Of a DNA stretch of 64,000 nucleotides, positions 40,401 through 54,300 are shown piece by piece. The translations under genes were made by a program, and so were the position numbers. Every line of letters starts with the position of its first letter. The first letter of the stretch is position 1. The notes below the pieces were generated by a model that saw only the letters and a list, made by a program, of their open reading frames with translations, did no database searches and was not told where the DNA came from. The DNA comes from the human T2T-CHM13v2.0 reference genome, Homo sapiens. The stretch is taken from assembly GCF_009914755.1 (NCBI RefSeq), contig NC_060935.1; one strand, given 5' to 3'.

Positions 40401-43400
40401 TTCTGAGAAACTGCTTCATGCTGTGTGCATTCATCTCACAGAGTTATCCTTTCTTTTGCTTCAGCTGTTTGGAAACACTGTTTTTGCAGAATCTGCAAAA
40501 GGACATGCGGGAGTTCATTGAGGCCAGTAGTGAAAAAGCAAATATTTTGAGAAAAACTAGAAAGAAGCTATCAGAGAAACTGCTTTGTGATGTGTGCATT
40601 CGTCTCACAGTGTTAAACCTTTCTTTTCTTTCAGGATTTGGAAACTTTTTTTTTTTTTTGAATCTGCTAAAGGATATTTGGGAGCGCATTGTGGCCTATG
40701 GTGAAAAAGTGAATATTTCCAGAGAAAAACTAGAAGAAGCAGTCTGAGAAACTGATTTGTGATGTTTGCATTCATCTCATGGAGGTAACATTTGTTTCAA
40801 TTCAGCACTTTGGAAACATTGCTTTTGTGGAATCTGTGTTAAGGACATTAGGGAGCGCATTGAGGCCTATGGTGAAAAAGCAAATATCCTCAGAGAAAAA
40901 CTTGAAAGAATCTACCTGAGAAACTTCTTAATGAAGTTTGCATTCATCTCACAGAATTAAACGTTTCTTTTGATTCACCACTTTGGAAACTTTTTCTGTA
41001 GAATCTGAGATAGGACATTTGGGAATGCATTGAAGCCTATGGTGAAAAGGCACATATTTCCATATGAAAAGCAGAAAGAAGATATCTGAGAAACTGCTTT
41101 GTGATGTGTACATTCATCTCACAGAGTTAAACCTTTCTTGTGATTCAGCACTTTGGAAACACTCTTTATGTAGAATCCTAGAAAGGACATTTGGGACAGC
41201 ATTGAAGCCTAAGTTGAAAAAGTGAATATCTCCAGATGAAAATTAGCAAGAAGCTATCTCAGACACTGCTTTGTGATGTGTGCATTTATCTCAGAGACTT
41301 AAACCTTTCTCTTTATTCACTAGTTTGGAAACACAATTTTTGTACAACCTGCAAAGGACACTGCGAGCACATTGACACCTTTAGTGAAAAAGCTAATATC
41401 GTCAGATAAAAACTTGAAAGAAGCTCTCTGAGAAACTGCTTTGTGATGTATTCATTCATCTCTCAGAGTTAAACCTTTCTTTTGATTCAGCAGTTTGGAA
41501 AGACTGTTTTTGTAGAATCTGCGTAAGAACATTAGGGAGCACCTTGGGTCCTATGGTGAAAAAGCAAATATCTTCACATAAAAGTTTGAAACAATGTATC
41601 TGAGAAACTGCTTTGTGGTGTCTGCATTCATCTTACAGAGTTAAACCTATCTTTTGATTCAGCAGGATGGAAACACTGTTTTTGTAGAATCTAGGAAAAG
41701 ACATTTGGGAATGCATTGAGGACTATGGTGATAAAGCAAATATTTTCAGATAAAAGCTAGAAAGAAGCTATACGAAAAAGTGCTTTGTGATATGTGCATT
41801 CATTTGACAGAGTTAAATCTTTGTTTTCATTCAGCACTTTGGAAACACTGTTTCTGCAGAATCTGCAAAGGGACGTTGGGGAGCGAATTGAGGCCTGTGG
41901 TGAAAAAGTGAATATTTCCATAAAAAAACTAGAAAGAAGCCATCTGAGAAACTACTGTGTGATTTGTTCATTCAACTCACAGGCTTAAATCTTACTTTTC
42001 ATTCAGTAGCTTGGAAAGACAGTTTTTATATTATCTGCCAAAGGACATTTGAAAGCACTTTGAGGCCTATGGTGAAAAAGCAAATATTTTCAGATAACAC
42101 TTTGAAATAAGCTATCTGAGAAACGGCTTTGTGATGTGTGCATTCATTTCACAGAGCTAAATCTTTCTTTTGATTCAGCAGTTTGGAAATATTGTTTTCA
42201 TAGACTCTGATGAAGGACATTTGGGAGCACATTGAGGCCTATGGTGAAAAGGCGAATATCCACAGATGAAAACTAGGAAGACGCTATCTGAGAAACTGCT
42301 TTATGATGTATATATTCATCTCACATAGCTAAACCTTTCTTTTGATTCAGCAGTTTGTTAACACTTCTTTTGTAGAATCTGAGAGAGGACATTTGGGAGT
42401 GCAGTGAGTCCAGTGGTGAAAAAGTGAATATTTCCATGTAAAAACTAGAAAGAATCTATCTAAGAGACTGCTTGTGATTCAGGGATTTATGTCACAGAGT
42501 TAAACCTTTCTTTTGATTCAACAGTTTGGAAACACTCTTTATGTAAAATCCTAGAAAGGACATTTAGGACAGCATTGAGGCCTATGGTGAAAAAGCAAAT
42601 ATCCCCAGATGAAAACTAGCAAGAAGCTATCTGAGAAACTGGTTTGTGATGCAGGTATTTGTCTCATAGAGTTAAACCTTTCTTTTGATTCAGCAGTTTG
42701 GAAACACACTTTTGTACAATCTGCAAAAGACATTTGGGAGCGCATTGATGCCTATTGTGAAAAAGCCAATATCTTCAGATAAAAACCTGAAAGAAGCTAT
42801 CTGAGAAACTCCTTTGTGGTGTGTTCACTCATCTCACAGAGTTAAACCATTCTTTTGAATCAGCAGTTTGAAAACACTGTTTTTGGTATCTGGAAAGGGA
42901 CATTTGGAAGTTCATTGAGGCCAATGGTGAAAAAACAAATATTTCCAGATAAAAACTTAAAAGAAGCCATCTGAGAAACTACTTTGTGATGTGTGCCCTC
43001 ATCTCATGGAGTTAAACCTTTGTTTTGATTCAGCACTTTGGAAAGACTGTTTTCATAGAATCTGCATAAGGGTATTAGGGAGCCCATTGAGACCTATGGT
43101 GTAAAAGCTGGTATCTTCAGGTAAAAGCTTGAAAGAAGCTATCTGAGAAACTGCTTTCTGAGGTGTGCATTCATCTCAATGAGTTAAAAGTTTTTTTTCA
43201 TTCAGCAATTTGGAAACACTGCTTTTGAAGAATCTGTGAAAAGACATTTGGGAGTGCATTGAGGCCTATGGTGAAAAAGCAAATATCTTCAGATAAAAAT
43301 TTGAAAGAAGCTATCTGACAAAGTGCTTTGTGATGTGTATATTCATCTCACACAGTTACACCATTCTTTTGATTCAACAGTTTGGAAACTTTTTTTTGTA

Positions 43401-46400
43401 GAATCTGTGAAAAGACATTTGGGAGCGCTTTGAGGCTTATGGTGAAAAAGCAAATATCTTCAGATAAAAACTTGAAAGAAGCTATCTGAGAATCTGCTTT
43501 GTGACATGTGTATTTATCTCACAGTGTTACACCATTCTTTTGATTCACCAGTTTGGAAACACTGTTTTCATGGAATCTGTGAAAGGACATTTGGGAGCGC
43601 TTTGAGGCTTATGGTGAAAAAGCAAATATCTTCAGATAAAAACTTGAAAGAAGCTATCTGAGAATCTGCTTTGTGACTTGTGCATTCTTCTCACAGAGTT
43701 AAACCTCTCTTTTGATTCAGCAGTTTGGAAACACTGTTTTCTAGAGTCTGCAAAAGAACATTTGGGAGCTCATTGAGACCAATAGTGAAAAAGGAAATTT
43801 CCCCAGAAAAAAAAACTGGAAAGAACCTATGTGAGAAACAGCTTTGTTATGTGTGCATTCAGTTCTCATAGTTAAACGTATGTTTTGACGAAGCAGTTTG
43901 GTAACACTGTTATTGTGGAACGTGAGAAAGTACATTTGGGAGCTCATTCAGGCCAATGGTGAAAAAGCAAATATCTCTAGTTAAAAAACAGAAAGAAGTT
44001 ATCTGAGAAACTGTCTTGTGATGTGTGTATTCATCTCATAGAGTTAAACATTTCTTTGGATTGATCAGTTTAGAAACACTGTTTTTGTGGAATATGTGAA
44101 GGGACATTTTGTAGTGCTTTGAGGCCTATGGTGAAAAAGCAAATATCTCCAGACAAAAACAAGAAAGAAGCTATCTGAGAAACTGTTTAGTGATGTGTGC
44201 ATTCATCTCACAGAGTTTCACCATTCTTTTGAATCAGCAGTTTGGAAACACTGTTTTCATAGAATCTGCGAAAGGACATTTGGGAGCGCTTTGAGGACAA
44301 TGGTGAGAAAGCAGTTATCTCAAGATAAAAACTAGAAAGAATTATTTGAGAAGCAGTTTTGTTATGTGTGCATTCAGCTCATACAATTAAAACTATGTTT
44401 AATTCAGCAGTTTGGTAACACCATTTGGAAACACTGTTTTATAGTGTCTGCCAAAGAACATTTGGGAGCTCATTGAGGACAATGTTGCAAAAGCAGTTAT
44501 CCCCAGATAAAAACTAGAAAGAAGCTTATTTGAGGAGCAGCTTTGTTATGTGTGCATTCAGCTCACACAATTAAACTATGTTTTTGATTCAGCAGTTTGG
44601 AAACACTGTTTTCGTAGAATCTGTGAAAGGACATTTGGGAGCACTTTGAGGATTATGGTGAAAAAGCAAAAGTCTTCAGATAAGCTATCTGAGAAACAGC
44701 TTTGTTATGTGTGCATCCAGCTCACACAGTTAAAACTATGTTTTGATTCAGCAGTTTGGAAACACTGTTTTTGTAGAATCTGAGAAAGGACATTTGAGAG
44801 CTCCTTCAGGCCAATGGTGAAAAAGCAAATATCTCAAGTTCAAAACCAGAATAAAAAATTTCTGGTTGAAAACTAGAAAGAAGTTATCTGAGAAATTGCT
44901 TTGTGATGTGTGTATTCATCTCATAGAGTTAAACCTTTCTTTAGATTCTGCAGTTTGGAAACACTGTTTTTATAGAATCCCTATAAGGGCATTCTGTAGT
45001 GCAGTGAGGCCTATGGTGAACAAGGGAATATCTACAGAAAAAAATAAGAAAGAAGTAATCTGAGAAACTGTTTTGTGATGTGTGCATTCATCTCACAGAG
45101 TTACACCATTCTTTTAATTCAGCAGCTTGGAAACACTGTTTTCATTGAATCTGCAAAAGGACATTTGGGAGCACTTCGAGGCTTATGGTGAAAAAGCATA
45201 TGTCTTCAGATAAAATCTTGAAAGAAGCTATCTGAGAAACAGCATTGTGACATGTGCATTCATCTCACACATTTAAACCTATGTTTCCATTCAGCAGTTT
45301 GGAAACACTGTTTTTGTCCATTCTGTGAATGAACATTTCAGAGCTCATTGAGGCCAATGGTGAAAAAGCAAATATCCCCAGATAAAAACTAAAAAGAAGC
45401 TCTTTGAGAAACTGCTTTGTGATGTGTGCATACATCGTACATAGTTACACCATTCTTTTGATTCAGCAGTTTGGAGACACTGTTTTTGTAGAATCTGAGA
45501 AAGGACATTTGGGAGGTCATTCAGGCCTATGGTGAAAAAGAAAATATCTGTTCTTAAAAACCACAAAGATTTTACCTGATAAACTGCTTTGTGACATGTG
45601 TATTCACCTCATATTGTTAAAACTTTCTTTGGATTCAGCAGTTTGGAAACACAATTTTTGTAGAATATGTGAAGGGATATTTTGGAGGGCATTGATGCCT
45701 ATGGTGAAAAAGTTAATATCTCCAGACAAAAACAAGAAATAAGCTATGAGAAACTGATCTGTGATGTGTGCTTTCATCTCACAGAGTTAAAGCTTTCTTT
45801 TGATCCAGCATTTTGAAAGAGTGTTTTCATAGAATCTGTGAAAGGACATTTGGGAGCTAATAGAGTTCAATGGTGAAAATGCAGATATCACCAGATAAAA
45901 AGTAGAAGGAAGCTATGAGAAAAACATCTTTGTTATGTGTGCATTCATCTCACACAGTGAAACCTATGTTTTGATTCACCTTTTTGGAAACACTGTTTTT
46001 GTAGGATCCATGAAGGACATTTGGGAGTGCTTTCAGGGCAATGGTGAAAAAGTGAATATATCCAAACAAAAACAAGAAAGAAGATATCTGAGAAACTGCT
46101 TTGTGATGTTTGCATTCATCTCACAGAATTATACCATTCTTTTGATTTGATTAAGCAGTTTGGAAACACTGTTTTCATAGAATCAGCAAAAGGACATTAG
46201 GGAGCTAATAGAGTTCAATGGTGAAAAAGCAAAATATCACCAGATAAAAGGTAGAAAAAAACTATGAGAGAAACAGCTTTGTTTTGTGTGCATTCAGCTC
46301 ACACAGTTAAACCTATGTTTTGATTCAGCAGTTTGGAAACCCTGTTTTTGTAGAATCTGAGAAAGGACATTTGGGAGCTACTTCAGGCCTATGGTGAAAA

Positions 46401-47327
46401 AGCAAATATCTTCAGTTAAAAACCAGAGAGAAGTTATCTAAAATTGCTTTGCAAAATGTGTATTCATCTCATAGTGTTAAACCTTTGTTTGGGTTCAGCA
46501 GTGTGTAAACACTGTTTTTGTAGAATCCCTGAAGGGACATTTGGGAGTGCTTTGAGGCCTGAGGTGAACAAGCAAATATCTCCACACAAAAATAGCAAAG
46601 AAGCTATCTGAGAAACTGCTTTGTGATGTGTGCATTCTTCTCACAGAGTTACACCATTATTTTATTTCAGCAGGTTGGAAAAACTGTTTTTGTAGAATCT
46701 GCAAAAGGACATTTGAGATTGCTTTGAGGCTAATGGTGAAAAAGCAAATGTCTTCAGATAAAAACTTGAGAGAAGCTATCTGAGAAACTGCATTGTGATA
46801 TGTGCATTCAACTCACAGAGTTAAACCTTTCTTTTGACTCAGAAGTTTGGAAACACTGGTTTCATAGAATCTGTGAAAGAACATTTGGGAGCTCATTGAG
46901 GCCAATGGTGAAAAAGCAAATATCCCCAGTTAGAAACTAGAAACAAGCTGAGAGAAACAGCTTTGTTATGTGTGCATTCAGCTCACACAGTTAAACCTAT
47001 GTTTTGATTCAGCAGTTTGGAAACACTGTTTTTGTAGGATCTGATAAAGGGCATTTTGGAGCTCATTCAGGTCTTTGGTGAAAAAGCAAATATCTCCAGT
47101 TAAATACCAGAAAGAAATTATCTGAGAAACTGCTTTGTGATGTGTGTATTGATGTCAGAGAGTTAACCTTATCTTTGGATTCAGCAGTTTGGAAACGCTG
47201 TTTTTGTAGAAACCGTGAAGGGCCATTTGGTAGCACACTGAGGCCTAGGGTGAAAAAGCAAGTATCTCCAGACAAAAACAAGAGAGATGGTCTCTGAAAA
47301 ACTGCTTTGTGATGTGTGCATTTATCT

Positions 47328-48344
47328 TGTTGTGGGAAGTCAGGAACCCTGAATGGAGGGACCAGCTGGAGCCATGCAGAAGAAAGTAAATTGTGAAGAT
47401 TTCATGGACAATTATTCAGTTCCCAAATAAAACTTTCATAATTTCTTATGCTTGTCTTACTTTAATCTCTTAATCCTGTTATCTTCATAAGCTGAGGATG
47501 TACATCACCTCAGGATCACTATGATAATTGTGTAATCTGTACAAATTGACTGTAAAATATGTGTGTTGGAAGAATATGAAATCAGTGCACCTTGAAAAAG
47601 AACAGAATAACAGCGAATTTTAGGGAACAAGGAAAGAAAACCATAAGGTTTGACTACCTGCATGGTCAGGCAAAAAGAGCCATATTTTTCTTCTTGCAGA
47701 GAACCTATAAAAGGATGTGCAAGTAGGGAAGATAATGATAAATTCTTTTCCTAGCAAGGAATATTGATATTAATGCTCTGGGAAAAGAATTCCATTTCTG
47801 GGGGAGGTCTATAAATGGCCACTCTGGGAATGTCTGTTCTATGCGGTTGAGGTAAGGACTAGATATGCCCTGATCTCCTGCAGTACCCTCAGGCTTAGTA
47901 GGGTGGGGAAAAACCTCACCCTGGTAAATTTGAGGTCAAACCGGTTCTCTGCTCTCAAACCCTGTTTTCTTTTGTTAAGATGTTTATCAAGACAATACGT
48001 GCACTGCTGAACATAGACCCTTATCAGGAGTTTCTGATTTTGCCCTTGCTGTGTTTCCTCTGAAGCATGTCATCTTTGTTCTCCTTTTTGCCCTTTGAAA
48101 CATGTGATCTTTGTGACCTACTCCCTGTTCTTACACCCCTCCCCTTTTGAAATCCTTAATAAAACCTGCTGGATTTGTGGCTCAGGTGGGCATCAAGGTC
48201 CTACCAATATGTGACATCACCCCTGTTGGCCCAGTTATAAAATTCCTCTCTTTGTACTCTTTTTCTTTATATCTCAGACTGACTGACACTTATGGAAAAT
48301 AGAAAGAACCTATGTTGAAATAGTGGGGGTGGGTTCCTACGATA
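47328..48344 (+). mobile_element. MER11 (HERV-K11/HML-8) solo LTR, second independent copy
   Basis: Starts TGTTGTGGGAAGTCAGG, ends GGTTCCTACGATA. Collinear with 31189-32203 but clearly diverged from it. 6-bp TSD TTATCT/TCATCT (47322-47327, 48345-48350; 1 mismatch). Confidence 0.88.
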
Positions 48345-51300
48345 TCATCTCACAGAGTTACACCACTCTTTTGATTCATCAGTTTGGAAACACTGTTTTT
48401 GTAGAATCTGTGAAAGAACATTTGGGAGCTCATTGAGGCCAATGGTGAAAAAGCAAATATCCAGAGACATAAACTAGAAAGAAGCTATGTGAGAAACAGC
48501 TTTGTTATGTGTGCATGCATTCAGCTTGCACACTTAATCCTATGTTTTCATACAGCAGTTTGGAAACACTGTTTTTGTAGAATCTGAGAAATGACATTTG
48601 GAAACTCATTCAGACCAATGGTGAAAAAGTGAATATCTCCAGTTAAAGACCGGAAAGAAGTTACCTGAAAAACTGCAGTGTAATATTCGTCTCATATAGT
48701 TAAACTTTTCTTTGTATTCAGCAGTTTGGAAACACTGTTTTTGTAGAATCCATGAAGAGACATTTGGGAGTGTATTGGGGCGTATGTTGAACAAGCAAAT
48801 ATCTCGACAAAAACAAAAAAGAAGCTATCTGAGAAACTGATTTGTGATGTGCGCATTTATCTCACAGAGTTACACCACTGTTTTAATTCAGCAGTTTGGA
48901 AACACTGTTTTCATAGAATCTGCGAGAGGACATTTGGAAGTGCTTTGAGGCTTATAGTGAAAAAGCAAATATCTTCAGATAAAAACTTGAAAGAAGCTGT
49001 CTGAGCAACAACTTTGTTATGTGTGCATTCAGCTCACACAGTAAAAGCTATGTTTTAATTCAGTAGTTTGGAAACACTGTTCTTGTAGAATCTGAGAAAG
49101 GATATTTGGAAGCTCATTCAGGCCTACTGTGAAAAAGTGAATATCTCCAGTTAAACACCAGAAGAAGTTACCTGAAAAATGGCTTTGTTTTGTGTGCATT
49201 CATCTCATAGAGTTAAACATTTCTGTGGATTCAGCAGTGTGGAAACACTGTTTTTGTAGATTCCCTAAAGGGACATTTGGGAGTGCATCGAGGCCTATGG
49301 TGAACAAGCAAATATCTTCAGGCAAAAACAAGAAAGAAGCTATGTGAGAAACTGCTTTTTGATGTATGCATTCACCTCACAGGGTTGCACTATTTTCTTG
49401 ATTCAGTAATTTGGAAACACTGTTCTTATAGAATCTACAAAAGGACATTCGTTTGCACTTTGAGGCTTACAGTGAAAAAGAAAATGTCTTCACAAAAAAA
49501 CTCAAAAGAAGCTATCTGAGAAACTGCATTGTGATTTGTGTATTCATCTCACAGATTTAAAGCTTTCTTTTGATTCAATAGTGTGTAAACAAACACTGTT
49601 TTTGTAGAATCTGTGAAAGAACATCTGGGAGCTCATTGAGGCCAATGGTGAAAAAGCAAATATCCCCAGATAAAAACTAGAAAGAAGATATTTGAGAAAC
49701 GGCTTTTTTATGTGTGCATTCAGCTCACATGGTTAAATCTATGTTTTGATTCAGCAGTTTGGAAACACTGTTTTCTTAGAATCTGCAAAAGGACATTTGG
49801 GAGCTCATTCAGGTATATGGTGAAAAAGTGAGAATCTCCAGACAAAAAGAAGAAATAAGCTATCTGAGAAACTGCTTTATTGTGTGTGCATTCATCTCAA
49901 AGAGTTACACCATTCTTTTGATTCAGCAGTTTGGAAACACTATTTTTGTAGAATCTGCGAAAGGACATTTGAGAGCTAATGGAGTTCAATGGTGAAATAG
50001 CAAATGTCACCAGACAAAAAGTAGTAAGAAGTTATGTGAGAAACAGCTTTGTTATCTGTTCATTCAGTTCACACAGTTAAACCTATGTTTGGATTCAGCA
50101 GTTTGGAAACACTGTTTCTGTAGAATATGAGACAGGACATTTGGAAGCTCATTCAGGCCTATGGAGAAAAACGAATATCTCCAGTTCAAAACCAGAAAGA
50201 AGTTATCTCAGCTACTGCTTTGTGATATTCATCTCATAAACTTATACCTTTCTTTGGATTCAGCAGTTTGGAAACATTGTTTTCATAGAATCTGCGAAAG
50301 TACATTTGGTAGTGCTTTGAGGCTTATGATGAAAAACCTGATATCTTCAGATAAAAACTTGAAAGACTCTATCTGAGAAACTGTTTTTTAGAGGGGTGCT
50401 TTCATCCCACAGAGTTAAACCTTTCTTATGATTCAGCAGTTAGGAAACATGTTGTTGTAGAATCTACAAATGAAGATTTGGGTTCTCTCAGGCCAATGGT
50501 GAAAAAGCAAATAACCCAGATAAAAACTAGAAAGAAGCCTTTTGAGAAGCAGCTTGCTTATGTTTGCATTCAGCTCACACAGTTAAACCTACGTTTTCAT
50601 TCTGCAGTTTGGAAACACTGTTATTGTAGAATCTGAGAAGTGACATTTTGAAACTCATTCAGGCCATTGGTGAAAAAGTGAACATCTCCTGTTAAAAACC
50701 AGAAAGAAGCTTTCTGAGAAACTGTTTTGTGATGTGTGCATTCGTCTCATAGAGTTAAACCTTTCTTTGGATTCAGCATTTAGGAGTCACTGTTTTAGTA
50801 GAATCTGTGAAGGGATATTTGGGAGGGCTTTGATGTCTATGGTGAAAACGAATATCTCCAGACAAAAACAAGAAAGAATCTATCTGAGAAATTGCTTTGT
50901 GATGTGTGCATTCATCTCACAGAGTGACACCATTCTTTTGATTCATCAGTTTGGAAACACTGTTCTTGCAGAGTCTGCGAAAGAACATTTGGGAGTACTT
51001 TGAGGCTTATGGTGAAAAAGCAATTAACTTCAGGTAAAAACTTGACAGAAGCTATGTGAGAAACTGCATTGTGATGTGTACATTCATCTCACAGAGTTAA
51101 ACCTTTCTTTGATTCAGCAGTTTGGAAACACCATTTGTGTAGAATCTGTGAAAGAACATTTGGGAGCTCATTGAGGCCAATGGTGAAAAAGGAAATATCC
51201 CGATTAAAAACTAGAAAGAACGTATGTGAGAAACAGCATTGTTATGTTTGCGTTCAGCTAACACAATTAAACCTATGTTTTGATTCAGCTGTTTGGAAAC

Positions 51301-54300
51301 ACTGTTTTTGTAGAATCTGAGAAAGAAGATTTGAGAGCTCCTTCAGGCCAATGGTGAGAAAGCAAATATCTCCTGTTAAAAATCAGAAAGATGTTATCTA
51401 AGGAACTGCTTTGGGATGTGTGTATTCATCTCATCGGTTTAAACCCTTCTTTGGATACAGCAGTTGGGAAAAACTGTTTTCATAGAATCTGCGAAAGGAC
51501 ATTTGGGAGCGCTTCAAGGCTTATGTTGAAAAAGCAAATGTCTTCACATAAAAACATGAAAGAAGCTATCTGAGCAACTGCATTGTGACGTGTGAATTCA
51601 TCTCACAGAGTTAAAATTTTCTTTTCATTCAGCAGTTTGGAATCACTGTTTTTGTAGAATCTGCAAGAGAACATGTGGGAGTTCATTGAGGCCAATGGTA
51701 AAAAAGCAAATATCCCCAGATAAAAACTAGAAAGAAGCCATTTGAGAAACAGGTCTTTTTATGTGTGCATTCAGCTCACACAGATAAACCTATATTTTGA
51801 TTCAGCAGTTTGGAAACACTGTTTTTGAGGAATCTGCAAAAGGACATGTAGGAGCGCTTTGAGGCTTATGATGAAAAAGCAAATATCTTTAGATAAAAAC
51901 TTGAAAGAAGCTATCTGAGAAACAACTTTGTTATCTTTGCATTCAGCTCACACAGTTAAACCTATGTTTTTATTCAGCAATTAGGAAACACTGTTTTTGT
52001 GGGATCTGAGAAAGGACATTTGGGAGCTCATTCAGGTCTATGGTGACAAAAATAATATCTGCAGACAAAAACAAGAAAGAAACTATCTGAGAAAGAGCTT
52101 TGTGATGTGTGCATTCATCTCACAGAGTTACACCATTCTTTTGATTCAGCACTTTGGAAACACTGTATTCTTAGAATCTGTGAAAGAACATTTGGGAGCA
52201 CTTTGAGGCTTACAGAGAAAAAGCAAATGTCTTCAGATAAAAAGTTGAAAGAAGCTATCTGAGAAACTGCATTGTGACGTGTGCATTCATTGCACACAGT
52301 TAAACTCTTCATTTGATTAATCAGTTTGGAAACATTATTTTTTTAGGATCTGCAAAAGAACATTTGGGAGCTCATTGAAACCAATAGTGAAAAAGAAAAT
52401 ATCCCCAGACAAAAACTAGAAAGAAGTTTATTTGAGAAACAGATTTGTTGTTTGTGCATTCAGCTCACACAGTTAAACTTATGTTTTGATTCAGCAGTTT
52501 GGAAACACTGTTTTTGAAGAATCTGCGAAAGGACATTTGGGAGCGCTTTGGGGCATATCTTGAAAAAGCACATATCTTCTAGTAAAAACTTGAAAGAAGC
52601 TATCTGAACAACAATTTTGTTATGTGTGCATTCAGCTCACACAGTGAAACCTAGGTTTTGATTCAGTGGTTTGGAAACATTGTTTGTGTAGAATCTGAGA
52701 AAGGACATTTGGGAGCTCATTCAGGCCTATGGTGACAAAGCAACTATCTCCAGACAAAAACAAGAAAGAATCTATCTGAGAAACTGCTTTGTCATGTGTG
52801 CATTCATCTCACAGAGTTACACCATTCTTTTAAATCTGCAGTTTGTAAGCACTATTTTTGTAGAATATGCGAAAGGACATTTGGGAGTGCTTTGAGGCTT
52901 ATGGTGATAAAGCAATTATCTTCAGATAAAAACTTGAAAGAAGCCATCTGAGAAACTGATTTGTGATGTGTACATTCATTTTACAGAGTTAAACCTTTCT
53001 TTTGATTCAGCAGTGTGGAAACATTGTTTTTGTAGAATCTCTGGAAGGACATTTGGGAGCTCATTGAGGCCAATGATGAAAAAGCAAACATTCCTAAATA
53101 AAAACAAGAAAGAACCTATGTGAGAAACAGCTTTGGTATGTGTGAATTAAGCTCACACAGTTAAACCTATGTTTTGTTTCAGCAGTTTGGAAACACTGTT
53201 TTTGTACATTGTGCAAAAGGACTTTTGGGAGCACATTGTGGCCTGTGGTCAAAAAGAAAATATTTTCATATAAAAACTAGAAAGAATCCTTCTATGAAAC
53301 TCCTTTCTGATGTGTGCAGTCATCTCACAGAGTTAAACCTTTCTTTTGATTGACAGTTTGGAAATACTCTTTTTGTACATTCTGCAAAAGGACATTTGGG
53401 AGCTCATTGAGGCCAATGGTGAAAACATGAATATCCCAATATAAAAACTAGAAGGAAGCTATCTGATAAACCGCTCTGTAATGTGTGTATTCATCTTACA
53501 GTGTTAAAGCTTACTTTTGATTCAGCAGTTTGGAAACACTGTTTTTGTGGAATCTGCATAAGGACATTTGGGAGTGCATTGCGGCCCATGGTCAAAAATA
53601 AAATATCTTCAGATAAAAACTAGAAAAAAGCTTTCTATGAAACTTCTTTGTGATGTGTGCATTCATCTCACAAAGTTAAACCTTTCTTTTGATTTAACAG
53701 TTTGTAAACACTGTTTTTGTAGAATCTGTGAATTTACACTTGGGAGTGTATTGAGGCATCTGCTCAAAAAGAAAATATCTTCTGATAAAAATTAGAAAGA
53801 AGCTATCTGTGAAACTGCTTTGTGGTGTGTGCATTCATCTCACAGAAATTAAATCTTTCTTTTGTTTCAGCAGTTTGGAAACACTCTTTTTGTACATTCT
53901 GCAAATGGACATTTGGGGGCTCATTGAGGCCAATGGTGAAAAATTGTATATCTCAAGATAAAAACTAGAAGGAAGCTATCTGAGAAACTGCTTTAGATGT
54001 ATGCATTCATCTCACTCAGTTAAACCTTTTTTTGGATTCAGTAATTTGGAAATACTGTTTTGTAGATTCTGCGAATGGACACTTGGGAGCACATTGAGGG
54101 CTACAATCAAAAGGAAAATATCTTCATATAGAAACTAGAAAGAAGATTTCTGTGAAACTACCGTGTGATATGTGCATTCATCTCACAGAGTTAAACCTTT
54201 CTTTTCATTCAGCAGTTTGGAAATACTGTTTTTGTACATTCTGAGAATGGACATTTGGGAGCTCATTGAGGTGAATGGTGAAAAAATAAATATCTCAAAA

